DNA of 61,565 bases, filler included, from Chthonomonadaceae bacterium (GTDB lineage: Bacteria; Armatimonadota; Chthonomonadetes; Chthonomonadales; Chthonomonadaceae), in assembly GCA_035650735.1 (NCBI GenBank). It is 3 parts of 3 records of this genome, joined end to end, with 100 filler letters (N's around TTAATTAATTAA, not from the genome) between each part and the next. Parts side by side here need not be neighbours in the genome. Positions count along the whole stretch, not along the records: positions 43,238 to 61,565 come from DASRGZ010000216.1; 2 more parts are not named here. The stretch is one strand, 5' to 3'. Every line of letters starts with the position of its first letter. The first letter of the stretch is position 1. Positions 58,001 to 61,565 of this stretch are shown in pieces. Below the pieces are notes generated by a model. The model was not told the origin of the DNA. It worked only from the letters and a program-made list of their open reading frames with translations, and did no database searches. The translations under genes were made by a program, and so were the position numbers.

Positions 58001-59260
58001 ATGTCCGGGTCTAAATCGGTTCTCATTATCGGCGGGGGCGTGATCGGCCTCTGCACGGCCTATTATGCTCTGCAGCGGGGCCACCGGGTAACTGTGCTGG
58101 AGCGGGGTGGACCGGGCCATGACTGCTGCTCGCTCGGCAACGCGGGTATGGTCGTGCCCAGCCATTTCGTGCCGCTGGCGGCGCCGGGCATGGTAGGGTT
58201 GGGCCTGCGGATGATGCTGCACCCCGAAAGCCCCTTCTGGATTCGCCCGCGCCTGAGCCGCGACCTGCTGGAATGGGGCTGGCGGTTCGCCCGCGCGGCC
58301 AACGCCGCCCATGTGGCCCGCGCGGCCCCGCTGCTGCGCGACATGAACCTGGCAAGCCGCCGCTGCTATGAAGAACTAGCGGAAGAGTTCGGCAATGCCT
58401 TCGGCCTCGTCCAGAAGGGGATGCTCATGCTCTGCAAGTCCGAGAGCACGCTGCGGGAAGAGGCCCATCTTGTCGAGCAGGCCCGGCAGTTGGGGCTGAG
58501 CGCCGAAGTGCTCACGCCGGAGCAGGCGACAGACCTCAACCCCGGCCTTCAGATGGATATTGCCGGGGCCGTCTATTTCCCACAAGACTGCCATCTCGTG
58601 CCGCCGCGTTTTCTGTCCGTATTGCAGCAGGGATTGGAGCAGGCGGGAGCCTGCTTTGCCTGGTCTACGGAGGTCACCGGCTGGCGGACGGGCAATGGCC
58701 GCGTCCAGGCCGTTCAGACCACGCAGGGAGAATGGACGGCGGATGAGTACGTTCTGGCAGCCGGGTCCTGGTCGCCGGGCCTCGCGCGCGGTCTGGGGCT
58801 GCGCCTGCCCTTGCAGGCCGGCAAGGGCTACAGCCTTACCCTGCCCAATCCCCGCCAGAGGCCCGCTACCTGCGCGGTCCTTACGGAAGCGCGCGTGGCC
58901 GTCACGCCCATGGGAGAGGCGCTTCGCTTCGCCGGAACCCTGGAGGTTACCGGGCTGGATCCCTCCATCAATCCGCGTCGGGTGGAGGGCATTCTCAAGG
59001 CCATCCCGCGCTATTTGCCGCAATTTAGCGCCGATGATTTGCGCGGCGTGCCGGTCTGGAGCGGACTGCGCCCCTGTTCAGCCGATGGAGTGCCCTATAT
59101 CGGGCGCACCGGGCGTTACGCGAATCTGTGCATTGCGACGGGCCACGCAATGATGGGCCTGAGCTTAGGGCCTATCACCGGCAAACTGGTGGCGGAAATC
59201 CTCTCCGACGAGCGCCCCTCCCTCCCTCTGGAGGCCCTAAGCCCGGAGCGATACGCTTAA
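58001..59260 (+). CDS. FAD-dependent D-amino acid dehydrogenase (DadA-like), likely D-hydroxyproline dehydrogenase
   Basis: IIGGGVIG, SLGNAG, GKGYS, WSGLRP, TGHAMMGLSLGP. Confidence 0.85.
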   Translation: MSGSKSVLIIGGGVIGLCTAYYALQRGHRVTVLERGGPGHDCCSLGNAGMVVPSHFVPLAAPGMVGLGLRMMLHPESPFWIRPRLSRDLLEWGWRFARAANAAHVARAAPLLRDMNLASRRCYEELAEEFGNAFGLVQKGMLMLCKSESTLREEAHLVEQARQLGLSAEVLTPEQATDLNPGLQMDIAGAVYFPQDCHLVPPRFLSVLQQGLEQAGACFAWSTEVTGWRTGNGRVQAVQTTQGEWTADEYVLAAGSWSPGLARGLGLRLPLQAGKGYSLTLPNPRQRPATCAVLTEARVAVTPMGEALRFAGTLEVTGLDPSINPRRVEGILKAIPRYLPQFSADDLRGVPVWSGLRPCSADGVPYIGRTGRYANLCIATGHAMMGLSLGPITGKLVAEILSDERPSLPLEALSPERYA

Positions 59261-60408
59261 CGCAGGGAATCGTGAATCGCTTGAACCTGCTCCTGGGCGA
59301 GGTGGCCGATGTAGATGATGTCCATAGACGCGCCGGTCGGCAGGGGGATCTGCCAGCGCTGAATGCTGCGCCGAAAGGCCGGCCTCCGGATGCGCCCCAG
59401 AAGCGGCCTGGCATTGGCACGCGCCGGGCGCTCGAATAGGCTGAAGGCGGTGACGCCATCCGTATAGCGCAGCAACACGGCCTGGCGTTCCGGACGCGGC
59501 TTGGAGCCGGACGAAAACACCCAGACGCCGCTCAGGTGGAAGCCGGGCGGCAGCACGCTCGGCTCCAACGGCGCGAAGGACAGCTGGGGCCGCGCTTCCT
59601 GCATGGAGCCGTAGCGCTGCGCGTTGGGCGGGAAGAGGATGTTGGGCGTGGCGGTCTGTAGGAACGGCGGCTCGAAATCTTTCGGGCGGACGTCGGCGGC
59701 AGGACCGATGGCAATGCGGATGAAATACGACCGCGAGACCAGCCCGCGCGGCCCGGAGATCTCCTGCTTGAGCTTGATCCCGGTTTCCGGATCGATCCAG
59801 AGCTTGCTTTCAAACCCGCGCAACCCTCCGGACGGAGTCGCAATTTCGATGATGGCGGCGTTACGCCCGGCGACGAGTTCGTTGCCAACGGCCATGACTG
59901 CGAGCCGCTTTTGCCGGATGGCGTTGGCGATCCGGCGCTCCTGGCCAGATAAGTCTTGCTGCGTAGGCCAGAAGGCGATATCGAGCGTGTTGGTCCGTTT
60001 ATGATAGTACCGGTACTGATTGGGAGCGATCAGCATCACGTCCCCGGCTAGATTGGCCGGCTCCAGAAAATCCATGCGCACACGGCCGCGTGTATCGCCC
60101 CGAATCCACTGCCGCGACATGCGCTCGTTGCGCTCCGTCACCTGCTCGCCCGCGTAGGGCGCCAAGGGTCGGAACATCCGCTTGAGCAGGGCGAGGGCCG
60201 CAGGGGCCTGCGGGACGGCGCGCGGAGGCTGGGGAGCCTTCCGGCGCAGGCCGTGCAGCGTCCCTGCCTGCAAGGCATGCTGCGCGTGTCCGCTGCCGTA
60301 GCGTGGGAAGCGCGCCTGGCCGTGCGCAAAGGGCAGAGCGATCAGGCAGAGGCAGGCTGCGGCTGTCAGCCAGAATCGGCGCCGCTTCCGTTCTAGATGC
60401 CCTGTCAT
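59257..60408 (-). CDS. MucB/RseB-like periplasmic sigma regulator
   Basis: Signal peptide; VAGRNA, LWIDPETG, LPPGF, YTDGVTAFSLFE; downstream of the anti-sigma gene. Confidence 0.7.
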   Translation of the reverse strand: MTGHLERKRRRFWLTAAACLCLIALPFAHGQARFPRYGSGHAQHALQAGTLHGLRRKAPQPPRAVPQAPAALALLKRMFRPLAPYAGEQVTERNERMSRQWIRGDTRGRVRMDFLEPANLAGDVMLIAPNQYRYYHKRTNTLDIAFWPTQQDLSGQERRIANAIRQKRLAVMAVGNELVAGRNAAIIEIATPSGGLRGFESKLWIDPETGIKLKQEISGPRGLVSRSYFIRIAIGPAADVRPKDFEPPFLQTATPNILFPPNAQRYGSMQEARPQLSFAPLEPSVLPPGFHLSGVWVFSSGSKPRPERQAVLLRYTDGVTAFSLFERPARANARPLLGRIRRPAFRRSIQRWQIPLPTGASMDIIYIGHLAQEQVQAIHDSLR

Positions 60409-60487
60409 AGCAAAGGGCAGGCGTTTTCGCCCGCCCTCCCAATTGTCCAGATGCCATTGCTCCATAATTCTCTGCAAGACATACCGT

Positions 60488-60665
60488 GCCGGGCGATGAA
60501 TGACCCGTCTCTGGGGCGGCTACGCCGCCAACCGTCCTCCGGACGGACCTCACCCCCGGCCCCTCTCCTTACGAAGGAGAGGGGTGGCCGCAGGCCGGGG
60601 TGAGGTAAGGCATCCGCCAGGACGCTTGGCCGTAGGCTACACAGACGGGTAATTTATTGCCCGGC
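60488..60665. repeat. Family B element with a family A element nested at 60547-60606
   Basis: GCCGGGCGATGAATGACCCGTCT..GGCGGCTACGCCGCCAACCGTCC..[ACCTCACCCC..GGGGTGAGGT]..CATCCGCCAGGACGC..AGACGGGTAATTTATTGCCCGGC. Confidence 0.85.
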
Positions 60666-61244
60666 TGGATCGACCTCCACATTCGTTTCTTCCAGCGCCG
60701 TCTGCGCCTCCAGGTTGGCAGCCGCCGGGTCGTCGAGCGGGTTGCTGGCCGCCAGGGCGACATTGCGCCGTAACGGCTGCTCCACTATGGGAGCCGGTGG
60801 CGGGGGAGCCGTCCCCGGATTATTGTCCGACGCGGGGCGCGATACGAGCAGCAGCGCGATCAGCGCCGTCACGGCCATGCCCATGCCCAGCGCCGGAGCG
60901 GGGCGACGGCGCAGCGCCTCCAGAACGCGCATCAGCCCATCCTGCGCTGCCGTCAGCAGCGGGCGCGCACGGGGTGCCTCCGGCTCTACGGCATCCAGAC
61001 GCGCGTGGAGCTTTGCCATAAAATCCGCGCTCGTGTCGTAGCGCGGGGCCGTCCGCAACAGATGCACGGTCGCCTGCATCTCGCGCGATATCCGGGCGCA
61101 CTCCGCGCACGCCGCCAGATGCTTCTCTACCTGCCATGCCTGGCGGGCCGAGAGCGTATTGCCCAGGTAGTCGGTCAGCAGCGCCTGCGTCTGCTCACAA
61201 TCCTTATTCTCAAAGGCATAAGAAGTTGCCATGGTTGGTTCCAT
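60654..61244 (-). CDS. Zinc-binding (zf-HC2/ZAS) transmembrane anti-sigma factor
   Basis: C..L..YL....L....VEKHLAACAEC (HxxxCxxC), one TM. Confidence 0.88.
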   Translation of the reverse strand: MEPTMATSYAFENKDCEQTQALLTDYLGNTLSARQAWQVEKHLAACAECARISREMQATVHLLRTAPRYDTSADFMAKLHARLDAVEPEAPRARPLLTAAQDGLMRVLEALRRRPAPALGMGMAVTALIALLLVSRPASDNNPGTAPPPPAPIVEQPLRRNVALAASNPLDDPAAANLEAQTALEETNVEVDPAGQ

Positions 61245-61251
61245 TTACTAT

Positions 61252-61565
61252 TTACGCGATGCCTTGCAGGTAGGGCGCCAGCTTTTCGCGCAGGGCCGCG
61301 CGGGCGTTGAACAGGCGAGATTTCACCGTGCCCAGCGGGCAGCCGACAATCGCGGCGATCTCATCGTAAGGAAGCCCTTCGATGTCATAGAGCAGCACGA
61401 CCGTGCGCAGCTTTTCGGGGAGTTGCTTGAGAGCCTGATCCAGACGCGCGCCCAACTCCTGGTTGAGCAGGAGCCGCTGCGGGTCGAAGGCGCTATCCGG
61501 GATGTCGCGCTCAGTCTGCTCTGCGCCCTCTGTCTCCTCCGAGAGCGAAGCCGTCAGGCCGCTAA
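61252..61565 (-). CDS. ECF sigma factor, C-terminal part (start outside window)
   Basis: LPEKLRTVVLLYDIEGLPYDEIA..GTVKSRLFNAR. Confidence 0.9.
   Translation of the reverse strand, partial: SGLTASLSEETEGAEQTERDIPDSAFDPQRLLLNQELGARLDQALKQLPEKLRTVVLLYDIEGLPYDEIAAIVGCPLGTVKSRLFNARAALREKLAPYLQGIA

Overview
GC-rich bacterial DNA made of three contigs joined by artificial 100-nt spacers (N44-TTAATTAATTAA-N44 at 22666-22765 and 43138-43237), so adjacency across those points is not biological. Gene content suggests Armatimonadota (inference only). Coding content is mostly metabolic and envelope: four PhyH-family dioxygenases, GH20, GH127-like and GH-like proteins, tricorn protease, MscS, a phosphoesterase, cydAB, TrmB-ahcY, an hpnA-ispH-hpnG-TolC-MFP-RND operon, an ABC transporter, a hydroxyproline catabolic trio and two ECF sigma loci. 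Accessory material includes a DUF433/PIN toxin-antitoxin pair, a WD40 protein that appears to have lost its AAA_35 NTPase core, a deleted IS5-family element, a MITE and pseudogenes. The most striking signal is a set of at least five short palindromic repeat families (A-E) that insert into each other and into themselves without visible target duplication, up to five levels deep at 42785-43137. They also sit in frame inside at least three proteins. No rRNA, tRNA or convincing CRISPR array was seen. All family calls come from motif recognition by eye, not database searches.
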